From contig JBILLK010000039.1 in the NCBI GenBank assembly GCA_044376115.1, positions 1-64,000 of the forward strand: a stretch of DNA of 64,000 nt, written 5' to 3'. Positions within the stretch are counted from its first letter, which is position 1; the number at the start of each line of letters is the position of its first letter. Shown here one piece after another: positions 1 through 9,813 of this stretch. This DNA is from Polyangiaceae bacterium. GTDB lineage: Bacteria > Myxococcota_A > Polyangia > Polyangiales > Polyangiaceae. The translations under genes were made by a program, and so were the position numbers. The notes beneath the pieces are model-generated. The model saw only the letters and a list, made by a program, of their open reading frames with translations. It did not search any database and had not been told where the DNA came from.

Positions 1-272
1 GCCTTGTGCATCTCGAGTTCGATGCGCCGCGCCTTTCCCTGTGCGCGCAGCACGTCCAACATGGCACCGCGGATGCGTTCGTTGTGGGCGATGACGAACG
101 CGTCAGCGTTTTGCGGCAGCTGTTCGGCCGCGCGTTTGCACACGACCTCCATGCCGATCTGAAACAGCTCCTCCGCGAGCGCAGCGTTCGTCGTGAAACG
201 CCTCGCCATCTGTCTAACGGCGAGCTGCGTTCCGGCGATCATGCGGTGTCTGGGCCCGAACGGCTCAGCCAC
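1..272 (-). CDS. Sigma-70 family RNA polymerase sigma factor (FliA/WhiG-like region 2), runs off window edge
   Basis: Not in ORF track. Manual translation from GTG at 272 gives VAEPFGPRHRMIAGTQLAVRQMARRF...EELFQIGMEVV...RIRGAMLDVLRAQ. RIRGAMLDxLR is the FliA-type region 2.4 motif. Start overlaps the stop of the upstream ORF. Confidence 0.7.
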   Translation of the reverse strand, partial: MAEPFGPRHRMIAGTQLAVRQMARRFTTNAALAEELFQIGMEVVCKRAAEQLPQNADAFVIAHNERIRGAMLDVLRAQGKARRIELEMHK

Positions 273-513
273 CGCGCAGTTTGCGTTCGAGTTCGACGCC
301 GTAAAGGTTGCGTTCGTTCGAGGTGCTAACGGCTTCCCGATCGCCCAGGCGCTCTTCCGCGAGCCGCTTCATCACCGGATGCGTCGCGTACAAGTCGGCC
401 AACAGGCGCTTCATCGCATCGCGGGTACTCGGCCCAAGCAGGTGATCCCAGCTCTCGGCCTCTTCCTCCGCCAGTTCCTCGATTGTGCTCGGCTCGCCGC
501 TCACCAAGGTCAT
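265..513 (-). CDS. Small acidic hypothetical protein coupled to the sigma factor gene
   Basis: ATG at 513 (MTLVSGEPSTIEELAEEEAESWDHLL...), 82 aa; its stop overlaps the sigma factor start. Confidence 0.5.
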   Translation of the reverse strand: MTLVSGEPSTIEELAEEEAESWDHLLGPSTRDAMKRLLADLYATHPVMKRLAEERLGDREAVSTSNERNLYGVELERKLRGG

Positions 514-596
514 TGAACCAGGCGGTCGGGGAGGGTGCAAGGCGCGGCTACCTGTCACCCACCTTCCCGGATCGTGTAACCGGCTCACCCGGTCTG

Positions 597-663
597 TGTC
601 ACCCATGAGCCCGGTCTGCGGTGGCACCTACGTGCCCGGTCTAAACTGTCACCCATGAGCCCG
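597..663. repeat. Short direct repeat TGTCACCCATGAGCCCG (2 copies)
   Basis: Copies at about 597-613 and 647-663. Confidence 0.7.
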
Positions 664-673
664 CTCTGTAGCC

Positions 674-1070
674 CCCACCGAGGGCCCCTCGGAGACTTCC
701 AAAGTCTCTCATAGTACCCACCGCGGGCCCTGCTGACACCGCGATGCGTCATGCGGAGGCCCACGTTGGGCTCGGTCAAGACTTTGGATCTCTTGGTAGG
801 GGGGCTCGGTGGGCTGCTGGGACAACGCAGTGCGTTATGACCTGGGCCCTCCGAGCCCCCCTCCAAAGACTTTGGATTTCTCCAAGCGGCCCAAGTTGGG
901 CCCTGCTGACGCCGCGCCGCGTCAGCGGAGGGCCCTCGGTGGGCAGGTGACAAGACTTTGAAAGTCTCCAGGGGGCCCTCGGTGGGCCCCACAGAGACTT
1001 TTGAAGTCTGATCCGGGCCCTCGGTGGGCCCCCAAAAGACATTTGAAGTCCGATCTGGGCCCTCGGTGGG
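674..1070. repeat. Degenerate ~42-bp repeat array with internal palindromes; left part inverted relative to right part
   Basis: Core GGGCCCTCGGTGGG at 930, 973, 1015, 1057 (spacing 43/42/42) alternates with palindromic AGACTTT-G-AAAGTCT variants (953, 995, 1037). Reverse-complement copies lie at 674-707 and 717-730. Confidence 0.85.
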
Positions 1071-1236
1071 CCATTTCTGCGCGTTTTTCTGAAATCGACA
1101 GGGCGCTGGTCGATTGGGCGGAAAAATCGATTTCTCAAAACGCTTTGTCCTTGAGGGCAGCGAAGGTGGAGCGCTCCGGGCATGCGGCTCGGTGGGCGGA
1201 GCTTTGTCAGCTGCCCTCGCAAGAGAGGACATCGAG

Positions 1237-2148
1237 ATGAGCAGCAATGTGCCCGCAGGGTTGGATACGCCGGTTGATTACACGCGCGCCTACGAGAAGA
1301 TGCAGCCGCAGTTCGCGCTGATTGCGGACAAGGACTGCTTGACGGTCAACACTGACATTCCCTTCGCCGCGAACACGGCGTTGTGGGCGGCGAAGAAGAT
1401 CAAGCCGCTGCGCGCTGCGTGTGTGGAGCAACTGCCCCTTTTCCCGATCAACCTGTTTGACGACTTGGAGCATGTGGCCGGAGCAGCTGCGCAAGCGCAC
1501 GCAAACTTCACGCTCGCGAGTGACACCAGCAGCATCAACAAGACCATCAGCGAGCTAGATGAGAAGCTCAACGTGCGGCGCACGCAGTTCCTCGCGGACG
1601 TCAACGCGCTGGCGAGCCGCGGTTTGATCGACAACAGCAAGCTCGACGAGCTGAAGAACCCGAACGGCTACAAGAACCTCTCGACCAGCGTGCTCGCGTT
1701 AGCAGCGCTCCTGCGCACCAACTGGTCCAGCATTCAGAATCGCACCGGCGTCACGCAGGACGAGCTCGCCGACGCACAAGATCTCGCCGCGCGCATGAAC
1801 GCTGCGTTGACCTTGCGCGAGCGTGGGCCGGAGGCGCTGGTGCCCGCCACCTTGGCGCGCAAGCAGGCCTTCACCTTGTTGATGAAGACGTATGACCGCG
1901 TGCTCTCGGCGGTGACCTTCGTGCGCTGGGATGCACGTGATGCGGAGGAGTACATGCCGTCGCTCTTTCTCAATCAACCGAGGCGCGCGAGCTCGTCGGA
2001 TCGTTCACAACCGGCTGCGCCCAACGCACCCAACGCACCTGTGGGACCGGTGACGCCGGTGGCTGAGCCGATCGCGCTTGCGGTCAATCCAGCACCGGCA
2101 CGGCCTGGGCCCGGTGAAGGTCTGCCCGGCAGTGATCCTCTGGGGTGA
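1237..2148 (+). CDS. Hypothetical alpha-helical protein with Pro/Ala-rich C-terminal tail
   Basis: ATG 1237 after GAGAGGA RBS, inside ORF 1114..2148; GC3-rich codons; GTGA overlap with the next gene. Confidence 0.8.
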   Translation: MSSNVPAGLDTPVDYTRAYEKMQPQFALIADKDCLTVNTDIPFAANTALWAAKKIKPLRAACVEQLPLFPINLFDDLEHVAGAAAQAHANFTLASDTSSINKTISELDEKLNVRRTQFLADVNALASRGLIDNSKLDELKNPNGYKNLSTSVLALAALLRTNWSSIQNRTGVTQDELADAQDLAARMNAALTLRERGPEALVPATLARKQAFTLLMKTYDRVLSAVTFVRWDARDAEEYMPSLFLNQPRRASSSDRSQPAAPNAPNAPVGPVTPVAEPIALAVNPAPARPGPGEGLPGSDPLG

Positions 2149-3542
2149 GCGCCATGGCAGCAACGTTCCACTTGGGCGTAACAAGGCCGCTCGATCGCCG
2201 CGCGGAGATCAAGCCGCTGCATCTTCCGGCTCACCAGCTCGTCACGCACGGAGTCGTCGTCGGGATGACTGGCTCCGGCAAGACCGGATTGGTGACCGTG
2301 CTGGTTGAAGAGGCAACTCGCAGCAAGGTGCCGGTGCTGATCATTGACGTCAAAGGGGACTTGCCGAACCTGCTGCTGCGTTTCCCAACGTTTGCTGCCG
2401 CGCCGCTGATCCCGTGGGTGGAGGGCACCACGCTCGAGGAGGATCCGGTGCCGGTGGCGCACAAGCTCGCCGAGGATCGCAAGGCAGGGATCACCGCCTT
2501 CGGCCTCGGTGAGCAAGACCTCGCGTCGTTCACAGAGGACGTGCATGTGCGGGTGATCACGCCCGGCGCTGACGCCGGCGAGCTCTTGCATGTGCTCTCT
2601 TCGCTCGAGCGTCGTTCACCGCGTTGGGACACTGATCGAGACGGCGCGCGTGCGGCGCTCTCAGCGGCCATCTCGCTCGTGTTGCGGCTGCTCGGGCGCG
2701 ATCCGGATCCGGCCAAGAGTCGCGAGCACGTGCTGCTCTCACTGCTGGCCGAGCGTCGCTTGCTCGAGGGCCAGACGGCCGATCTCGGCTCGCTGCTCGC
2801 CGACGTTCTCGACCCTCCGCTCGAGCGTGTCGGTGCGCTCGAGACTGACGCCTTCCTCTCCAAGAAGGCGCGCAAAGAGCTCGCCGCCGCGCTCAACACG
2901 CTGCTCGCCTCGCCAAGCTTCGAGAGTTGGCGACAAGGGGAGACGCTCGACGTTGGTGCGTGGATGAAGCCGGTTGAGGAGGAGGGCAGACGCAAGACGC
3001 CGGTCACGGTGGTCAGCGTCGCTCACCTCGACGACGACGAACGAGCGCTGGTGCTCGGCCTCGTGCTCGAAGAAGTGCTCACGTGGGTGCGCGGGCTTTC
3101 GGGCTCGCAGCGCCTGCGTGCGCTGATCGTGTTCGACGAAGTGTACGGCTTCTTGCCGCCGCATCCCGCCAACCCACCAACCAAAAAGCCGCTCGTCGCG
3201 CTCATGAAGCAGGCCCGAGCCTTCGGTGTGGGCGTGGTGATCGCCACGCAAAACCCGATGGACCTCGACTATCGATCGCTAAGCAACGCCGGCGTCTGGT
3301 GCCTCGGCCGCCTGCAAACCGACGCCGATCGCGCCCGCGTCCTCGACGGCCTGATCAATGAAGCCCACGTCGGCACCAGCGCCGCCGAACTCGAAGACTT
3401 ACTCAAGAGACTCCGCCCCCGCTGGTTCATCCTCCGCAACGCCCACAGCCCCGACACCGTCCTCTTCCAGGCCCGCTGGGCCATGACCTTCATGCGCGGC
3501 CCGATGACGAGGGCCGAGATCAAGAAGGCGAGGGGAGGGTGA
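2145..3542 (+). CDS. HerA/FtsK-superfamily P-loop ATPase (DUF87/DUF853-like)
   Basis: Walker A GMTGSGKT, IIDVKGD, Walker B LIVFDE, QARAFG arginine-finger region, ATQNPMDLDY. Confidence 0.9.
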   Translation: MSAMAATFHLGVTRPLDRRAEIKPLHLPAHQLVTHGVVVGMTGSGKTGLVTVLVEEATRSKVPVLIIDVKGDLPNLLLRFPTFAAAPLIPWVEGTTLEEDPVPVAHKLAEDRKAGITAFGLGEQDLASFTEDVHVRVITPGADAGELLHVLSSLERRSPRWDTDRDGARAALSAAISLVLRLLGRDPDPAKSREHVLLSLLAERRLLEGQTADLGSLLADVLDPPLERVGALETDAFLSKKARKELAAALNTLLASPSFESWRQGETLDVGAWMKPVEEEGRRKTPVTVVSVAHLDDDERALVLGLVLEEVLTWVRGLSGSQRLRALIVFDEVYGFLPPHPANPPTKKPLVALMKQARAFGVGVVIATQNPMDLDYRSLSNAGVWCLGRLQTDADRARVLDGLINEAHVGTSAAELEDLLKRLRPRWFILRNAHSPDTVLFQARWAMTFMRGPMTRAEIKKARGG

Positions 3543-3756
3543 GCGGCTTGCGTTGGACGTCCTCCCGAGCAATCGGGGGAACGTAGAAAAGCATTGGGAA
3601 AGCTGTTCACTCGGACAAGTGCCAGGCGATTGTGAGGGGATTGGGGCGCTTGACACAGTTCAGCGCAGCTCTACCTTCCACCGTCTTTACCGCCTTTCGG
3701 AGCCCACGATGCTTTCTTATTTCTCACAAGTCTCTCGACCGGTGCGGACCGAGTTC

Positions 3757-4377
3757 ATGCCGGCAAACTCGCCCTTCGGCCAAAAAAGCGGCCGCACGAA
3801 GTAGCGGCCGGAAGCGTAAGCCCGCAAGCCCGCAGTCGTTACTCATCCTTCACCTTGATGAGGAGAAGCTCCGTCGCAAGGGGCGAGGCAGGTATCGGAG
3901 TTAACGGCGCTGATCGCGGAGTTCGTCCAGACAAAGCGGACCTTTGATGTGGTGGGTTGTCGTAGCTCACTCCAATCGCGAGGTCATCCGCATCGCTAGC
4001 AATTTGGCCGTAACTTGGAACCGGCTCGGCGCGTTCTTGGAGCCTCTCAAGCCTCGTCGGTTAGCCCTGATTGCCTGCACGGGAGGACGATCGAACGCTG
4101 GCTAAAGTCTGTTACCTCGATTCGGACCCTGCGTCTGATCTACGCGTGCCCAGTCAATGCGTCGCGCGCCTTTGGCGCGCTCTTGATGTTCATCGTGACC
4201 TACCTCGTTGCAAAAAGGCGTCCGAAGGACGACCACGTTCTTCTGACGCAGTTGGTTGCACCCGGAGCCACCGGAAGACTGCTCCGAGAGTGGCGCCGGA
4301 CTTCAGACAAGGGCAATCCAGACAGTTACATCTATGACGGGCTCGCAGACCTCATAAAGAACTGCTGGGTGCACTAA
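3757..4377 (+). pseudogene. Degraded, multiply frameshifted gene; possible caspase/CHAT-like His-Cys fold
   Basis: Fragments in different frames join into ...QSLLILHLDEEKLRRKG / ELTALIAEFVQTKRTFDVV / VVAHSNREVIRIASNLAVTWNRLGAFLEPLKPRRLALIAC / TSIRTLRLIYACPVNAS...LADLIKNCWVH*. Confidence 0.4.
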
Positions 4378-4796
4378 GCTGGGCGCGCGAGGGGCAAGAG
4401 CGATTCTAGAGCGCGCGGCCATGGCGCCGGCTAAGAGGGCGACTGGACGGCGACCAGGGCGCCGGCAGGTAAGCGAATTTCTGAGGCAAGCAGTTCGTCA
4501 ACATTGCCCGGTTCTCGCAGGGACCCCTTAGCGGGGTCGCGATCGGGGACGTCACCGTGAGATCGCGCCTGATGAAGGTTTCGCAACACTGCGTACGGCG
4601 TCTCGACGCGGAACTGCACACGCTCCTCCTTGACCGATAGGCCCTTCGCGGCCCGATGAACGATCACGATAGCGTCTCCCTCGGACAGCCCGTCGGCCCC
4701 CCGGGTTCAACAGTCGGGTCGCGACGGCCAGTGTCGGCCCGCACGCGGGACCAACCGCCAAGCAAGCACGCACCTGTAGTCGTGAGAGGTAGGTCC

Positions 4797-6773
4797 TCAT
4801 GGTTTCTTCCCATGCGCAGGGTTGGCCCCCAGCTGGTTGGTGGATTGGGCAACCTTGTCGTCGGCTCCCGAATCCTCGATGGATTTGCTGTTTGGTGGCG
4901 CGCTGAGCAGAGTCGTGAGCGACTTGGCAACGAGGATCAGTGCTATAGGAAGTAGCAGCCAATTGTAAGGGACTTCCCGGGGAATGTCGAATAGGAAGAG
5001 GCGAAAGGGATTAGGGATCCCGTCTTCGGGCAGTTGCGCGTGGTAGGCGACTAGGAGCATGGAGAGGGACAGCACCGCTCCCCCGAGCACGACGTAGCCC
5101 GGGCTCTTCCACCGATCCCGGAGTCCCCAGCTCGCGCCGATCACGACAGACGCAGCGCCAACCATGAGCCAAGACAGGCTCACCTTAGTTTCGGCCAGCG
5201 CCACCGTGGCGAGCGCGCTCGCAATACCGATGGTCAGCATAAACCAAGCGCGCGACCGCGGGCCGACGTCATCATCGGAATCGGCCTTAGTCGCTATCCC
5301 TACCAGGGGCCCGAGCAAGGTCGCGCGCGAAGGCGTGCTTGCCCAAGCAGCAGGAGTTGGCACAGAGGAAACTGGATGACTTGCAGGGGCGGCCGGAGCA
5401 GAGCCGTTGGGTCCTTCTGAGGGCAGGACGTTCGCGAGTTCGGCAGGTACTTCGGAGCTAGGTTCTAATTTGACAGCACCCGCTGGAGCCATCTCTGAAG
5501 CCACAAGCGGGGCCCCCCCTTTGGGATCTGCCTCAGGCGGACTCGGTGCAAGGGCAGGATCTTCCGTGCGCTTCTTCGCCGCCGCTGAGTCCTCCACGGC
5601 TTCGTTCAACCGCCGGGCCTGTTGGTTGAACACGTAGCCAATGATCGAGCCGACGAGCGCTGCGAGGGCAGCCTTTTCGATCATCTCCTTGATGCCGAGG
5701 ACGATGATTGTCATCAGGATCGCAGCAAGGCCACCGAGCTCAACAATGGTCCTAAGCTCGAGGATTCTCCGCTGCGTCTCCCGGTTGAATAACAGGGTCG
5801 TTACGAAAAGAAGTACCATGAAGAGCGGGACCGCCAGCAGCACTGGAACGATGACGTCTGTCGCTTGCCGCTGCACCTTGTCTAATTTGAAGCGGATTGC
5901 CGCTTCCTCTTTCTTCAAACTCGATAGGCGCTGTTCGACGGTCTTCTTGGCCTTATTGATCTCCTCTTCGCCAGTTTTTTTGACGGTTTCGAGGTCAAGA
6001 CCATCAAGGACCGTGACGAAAGTAGGGCCTGACGCCACGCGCCTGCATTCAGCCGCGGGATCAGAGTCCCCCAGGAGCGTTCTGCGAATGAGGTCGGCTC
6101 CTCCTGCGTCCTCGACGGAGTCCTGGAGACGCTGTGTGACTCCTTGAATCTCCGGCGATAAATCATACCAAATAAGCTGGGGCACCGCAGCCCGGAGTTG
6201 GCGTCCCGATCGGTTGACTTGCTGAAGAAGCGAAGTGCACTGGTCGGCCGCGACGATGTCGACGTTCGTTGTATCTGGCTCCTTGGAGTTGCCCTTAGGC
6301 TTCTCGGACTTTAACGCAGCATCATCCGACTGCTTGGTTCCATTCGATGCAGACTTGGTACTGTCAGTGTACTTCTTTATCTCCCTATCGACTTCTTCGG
6401 CCGCCAGCTTGGCGCTAAGAGCCGCCTTACTCGCGCGACCAAGCGACGTCGTAAAACGAGCCCTCAGATCCTCGAGTTGACTAACCTGCAACCCAAGCCT
6501 CTCGCGCTGAGCTCGTAACGTCTTAAGCCGGCTCTGAAGTTCCTCAGCGGTAGTCGGCAGGTCTGCGATGGACCCGCCCATCGAATCGGACGACGCCTCC
6601 GATAGCGGCGGGGGCGATATGTTGGGGAAACCTCCAGAGCCTTCTCCGGACCCATAGTCTTGAGCCCTAGCGCTTTGTCCAAAGACAGTGAAGACCACCA
6701 GCAGCACGAGGGTCATCCACGACCTCGCAACACGTCCCGGCCCCGGCAGTTGCGCTTTCCGCCATGAGTTCAT
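4797..6773 (-). CDS. Membrane protein: signal peptide, coiled-coil region, several TM helices
   Basis: ATG 6773 after GAGGAG, inside the 696-aa ORF. N-terminal hydrophobic segment, heptad-like stretches, two hydrophobic clusters separated by a Pro/Ala linker. Codon usage atypical for the window. Confidence 0.7.
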   Translation of the reverse strand: MNSWRKAQLPGPGRVARSWMTLVLLVVFTVFGQSARAQDYGSGEGSGGFPNISPPPLSEASSDSMGGSIADLPTTAEELQSRLKTLRAQRERLGLQVSQLEDLRARFTTSLGRASKAALSAKLAAEEVDREIKKYTDSTKSASNGTKQSDDAALKSEKPKGNSKEPDTTNVDIVAADQCTSLLQQVNRSGRQLRAAVPQLIWYDLSPEIQGVTQRLQDSVEDAGGADLIRRTLLGDSDPAAECRRVASGPTFVTVLDGLDLETVKKTGEEEINKAKKTVEQRLSSLKKEEAAIRFKLDKVQRQATDVIVPVLLAVPLFMVLLFVTTLLFNRETQRRILELRTIVELGGLAAILMTIIVLGIKEMIEKAALAALVGSIIGYVFNQQARRLNEAVEDSAAAKKRTEDPALAPSPPEADPKGGAPLVASEMAPAGAVKLEPSSEVPAELANVLPSEGPNGSAPAAPASHPVSSVPTPAAWASTPSRATLLGPLVGIATKADSDDDVGPRSRAWFMLTIGIASALATVALAETKVSLSWLMVGAASVVIGASWGLRDRWKSPGYVVLGGAVLSLSMLLVAYHAQLPEDGIPNPFRLFLFDIPREVPYNWLLLPIALILVAKSLTTLLSAPPNSKSIEDSGADDKVAQSTNQLGANPAHGKKP

Positions 6774-7493
6774 TTCGGCATCTCCTCTCGCCTTTTCGAC
6801 ATCAGTGAGAACAAGCTCACATCCACCGACGCGATGATTCCGTGCTGGAGCATATTGGGCCCTCCGGCGGAACTGTCGGGCTCCCATTGTCTAAGGCCAG
6901 GCCTGAAACCCCATTGTTGAACGGGGTGTCGGCTAGAGAGAGGCCGAGCTCAAGTCCCGAGCTTAACGCTGTGACTGGGCTCGGCCCTGGCAGACACGAC
7001 CGCCTCTGACCGCGCGCGCTCCCACTCCAGTCGAGCTGCCATGAGCACGGGTGGTGCACACAAGCCTTGAGCCTAGGCACGCTTCGTATTCCAGTAAGTC
7101 CGTCGAGGCTCACACCGTCCGCCTACTGGCGCTCCCTTGAGTGGCGAGTTTGAACCCACCAACGTCTCCAGAAACTGCGACGTTATCGAGAGACGGGCAA
7201 ATAGGTCAAGACGCCACAGTGTTGGCACCGCCAGACGGAGGGTTCAACGAACCTCCAGGACGCGAAATGCAAGTTGTCGCCAAGCGTGTGCGCGCCGCGA
7301 GGAGCACCGAGGTCTTGCCGGAGCCGTTTTTGCTGACCAAAGTCCGCGTAGCAGACGTGAATGGAGCGCGCGTGCCACGCACCAAGACTCCTCACTCTTC
7401 CTCCAACTCCACCACATTCAGCTCCAAGCGCCCTTGTCGCGGCGCCTACAGCCTCCTTCCGGTGCCGCGACGTTCTAGTGTTGGAGTGCTGAC

Positions 7494-7706
7494 GCCGAGA
7501 GCTTCTTCGCCACGCTGAAGACTGAGCTCATCTTCCGCCAGCGCTGGTCGCAACGCATTGAGCTACAGGCTGCGGTGTTCGAGTTCATCGAAGTCTTCTA
7601 CAATCGTCAGCGCATTCATTCATCGCTAGGTTACAAGAGACCCGCCCAGGTTGAAGCTGAGTTCGCCCGGGCTGCATAACGGGTCAACGCAACCGGGGGA
7701 ACTCCA
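7494..7706 (+). mobile_element. IS3-family insertion sequence remnant (transposase C-terminus plus right inverted repeat)
   Basis: 7494-7679 translates AESFFATLKTELIFRQRWSQRIELQAAVFEFIEVFYNRQRIHSSLGYKRPAQVEAEFARAA*. It is followed by GTCAACGCAACCGGGGGAACTCCA, ending in the IS3-type terminal CA. Confidence 0.9.
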
Positions 7707-8375
7707 CTTCAGCAGTGAATGGTGTTGTGCAACCCTACCAAACCGTCACGTTGCAGCCCTATCCAGGGACTAACGTTCTTTCGGCCGTACACAACACCAA
7801 CTCTCCAGGGGCCACGTGGACGCTCGATGTATCGGTCAGTGGCTACTCGGCAGATACTCTCGTGCGCCTGGTCGCGCCGTAGTTGGTTGGCCTCCGAGTA
7901 GCCGTAGGAGACCGGGACTGATTCACCAATTCGCAGTCGACACGGCGGCTTCGTCGCTGCGTCTCCCTTGCGCGAAGCAAGTAGGTACGCTCCGTGGCTG
8001 CGTGATTGCGCGTCGACGTAGCTCGATCCGAAACGCGGTCGACGAGTCCCAATCGATTGGCGAGGAGGACTGACCCTAGAGGGGCTCACGCGGCAAAATG
8101 CAAAGTCACACCCGCACAAGTCGCTATCGTCAAAGCGAGACGATACGCGAGTAGCTCGCCCACGATCGGCTGACCTCTAACACGGCACCAACGCCGCAAA
8201 AGAGTCGCTAGCAGCGAGTGATCGGGATCGCGGAATGCGATCGCAATCTCACCGCAGGTTCTCGAAAACGTCGGTGCGAGATCGGTCTGGTTAAGGCGGC
8301 GACTCTTGGGTAGCGTCCGCCTTGGAGCGACCATTGACCTGCTAACAGGTGTTCGCGCTCCAGGGAGATAGCGAT

Positions 8376-9755
8376 ATGCATGGGACCGAGAACCGTGGGG
8401 AAGATCTCGTCGGACGTGGGCGCTTTCGGCAAACGGGCCGCTTCGGGCGTCTGTTTCCGAACCTGCAACCACTAGCGTCGTTTACGCCGGAGCCGGAGGT
8501 GCTCGGAGCGGTGGGGGGCCCGATGGACGGTGGCGATCCGCCGCCGACAGACACGAGCCAAGACAACCCGCGCATCCGTGCTGGGTACACGTTCTTGGGG
8601 CAGTTCATCGACCACGACCTCACGCTCGATGTGACGTCAAGCCTCGAGGCCCAGGCAGACCCGGACGCGGTAGAGAACTTTCGAACGCCGGCGCTGGAGC
8701 TGGATTCGATCTATGGGCGTGGCCCCGCTGCACAGCCCTACCTGTACGACCAGACCAAGCCGTTTCGCTTCCTGCTCGACGGCAAGGACGTTCCGCGTAA
8801 CGCGCAGGGGCGGGCACTCATCGGTGATCCTCGTAACGACGAAAACCTGATCGTCGCCCAACTGCATCACTTGTTCCTCTCATTTCACAACAAGGTGTTC
8901 GAGGACCACACCGACAAGACCCTGTCGGACGCCAAGCGCTTTGAGCAGGCTCAGCGGCTCGTCCGGTGGCACTACCAGTGGATCGTGGTGCATGAGTTCT
9001 TGCCGCGCACCATCGGCTCAAAGCGCACGCAGTCCATCTTCAGCACCCCGGATCCGAGCCCGCCGTCCCGTCCGTTCATGCCGGTCGAGTTCAGCGTCGC
9101 TGCGTACCGCTTCGGCCATTCCCAGGTTCGCGGTGGATACCGAATGACGGCCAACGCGGGCGCGAGCCTGTTCGGCCCGGCGGGCCAACCTTCGCTCGCT
9201 GGCTTTCGGCCCTTTCCCGCCAACTTGATCCTGGAGTGGTCGCTCTTCTTTGGCCCGACTGCCCAGGCCAGCAAGTTCATCGACAAGCGCATCTCCACGG
9301 ACCTATTGAATCTGCCCGACGGCGTGGTGCCACCTGGCACGCCACCGGCGTTCCGCAGCCTCGCGGTGCGAAACCTCCGGCGTGGGCTGGTGATGGGCCT
9401 GCCCTCGGGTCAGGCGCTGGCCAGCGCGCTTCAGATACCAACGCTCAGCGACGCCGAGATCTGGGACGGCACTACGGGCAGCGGCCCCGCGCCACTTTGG
9501 TATTACTTTCTACGCGAAGCCGAGGTGCGCGCGTCGGGCAATAGACTCGCGGGAGCTGGAGCTGAGCTAGTGGGAAGGGTCTTTCGCATGCTCCTGCAAC
9601 GGGACGGCGAGTCCTTCCTCGCGAAAGACCCGTCGTGGGTTCCCACGCTGCCGAGCAGTAAGCCTGCCCACTTCACCATGACGGATCTGGTGAACCTCAC
9701 CCAAGGCTCAACCATCGCGGGCGAAGACGTCGCTGCGCTACCCGGCGACGACTAA
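8376..9755 (+). CDS. Heme peroxidase (peroxidase-cyclooxygenase / animal heme peroxidase family)
   Basis: YTFLGQFIDHDLT, GDPRNDEN, WHYQWIVVHEFLP, EFSVAAYRFGHS, PLWYYFLREAE; ATG 8376 after GGGAG. Confidence 0.92.
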   Translation: MHGTENRGEDLVGRGRFRQTGRFGRLFPNLQPLASFTPEPEVLGAVGGPMDGGDPPPTDTSQDNPRIRAGYTFLGQFIDHDLTLDVTSSLEAQADPDAVENFRTPALELDSIYGRGPAAQPYLYDQTKPFRFLLDGKDVPRNAQGRALIGDPRNDENLIVAQLHHLFLSFHNKVFEDHTDKTLSDAKRFEQAQRLVRWHYQWIVVHEFLPRTIGSKRTQSIFSTPDPSPPSRPFMPVEFSVAAYRFGHSQVRGGYRMTANAGASLFGPAGQPSLAGFRPFPANLILEWSLFFGPTAQASKFIDKRISTDLLNLPDGVVPPGTPPAFRSLAVRNLRRGLVMGLPSGQALASALQIPTLSDAEIWDGTTGSGPAPLWYYFLREAEVRASGNRLAGAGAELVGRVFRMLLQRDGESFLAKDPSWVPTLPSSKPAHFTMTDLVNLTQGSTIAGEDVAALPGDD

Positions 9756-9813
9756 GCGCGGACGCGCTCAGGTACGAGGCTCATTTCCCAACGCGGCAAC
9801 GAAAGGGTTTGCA

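Noticed and set aside
930..1070. CRISPR array
   Set aside because: The period is only 42 bp and the inter-core sequences are homologous to each other rather than unique spacers.
585..1247. 220-aa minus-strand ORF with GPTEGP repeats
   Set aside because: The peptide repeats are a by-product of the 42-bp DNA array, which also occurs in inverted orientation, and the ORF overlaps the next gene's start.
7141..7165. tRNA 3'-end / attachment-site-like GGTTCAAAC on the minus strand
   Set aside because: The T-stem does not pair properly and no cloverleaf can be built.
7709..8340. ORFs between the IS3 remnant and the peroxidase
   Set aside because: No coding-like codon bias or motifs; treated as intergenic or decayed.
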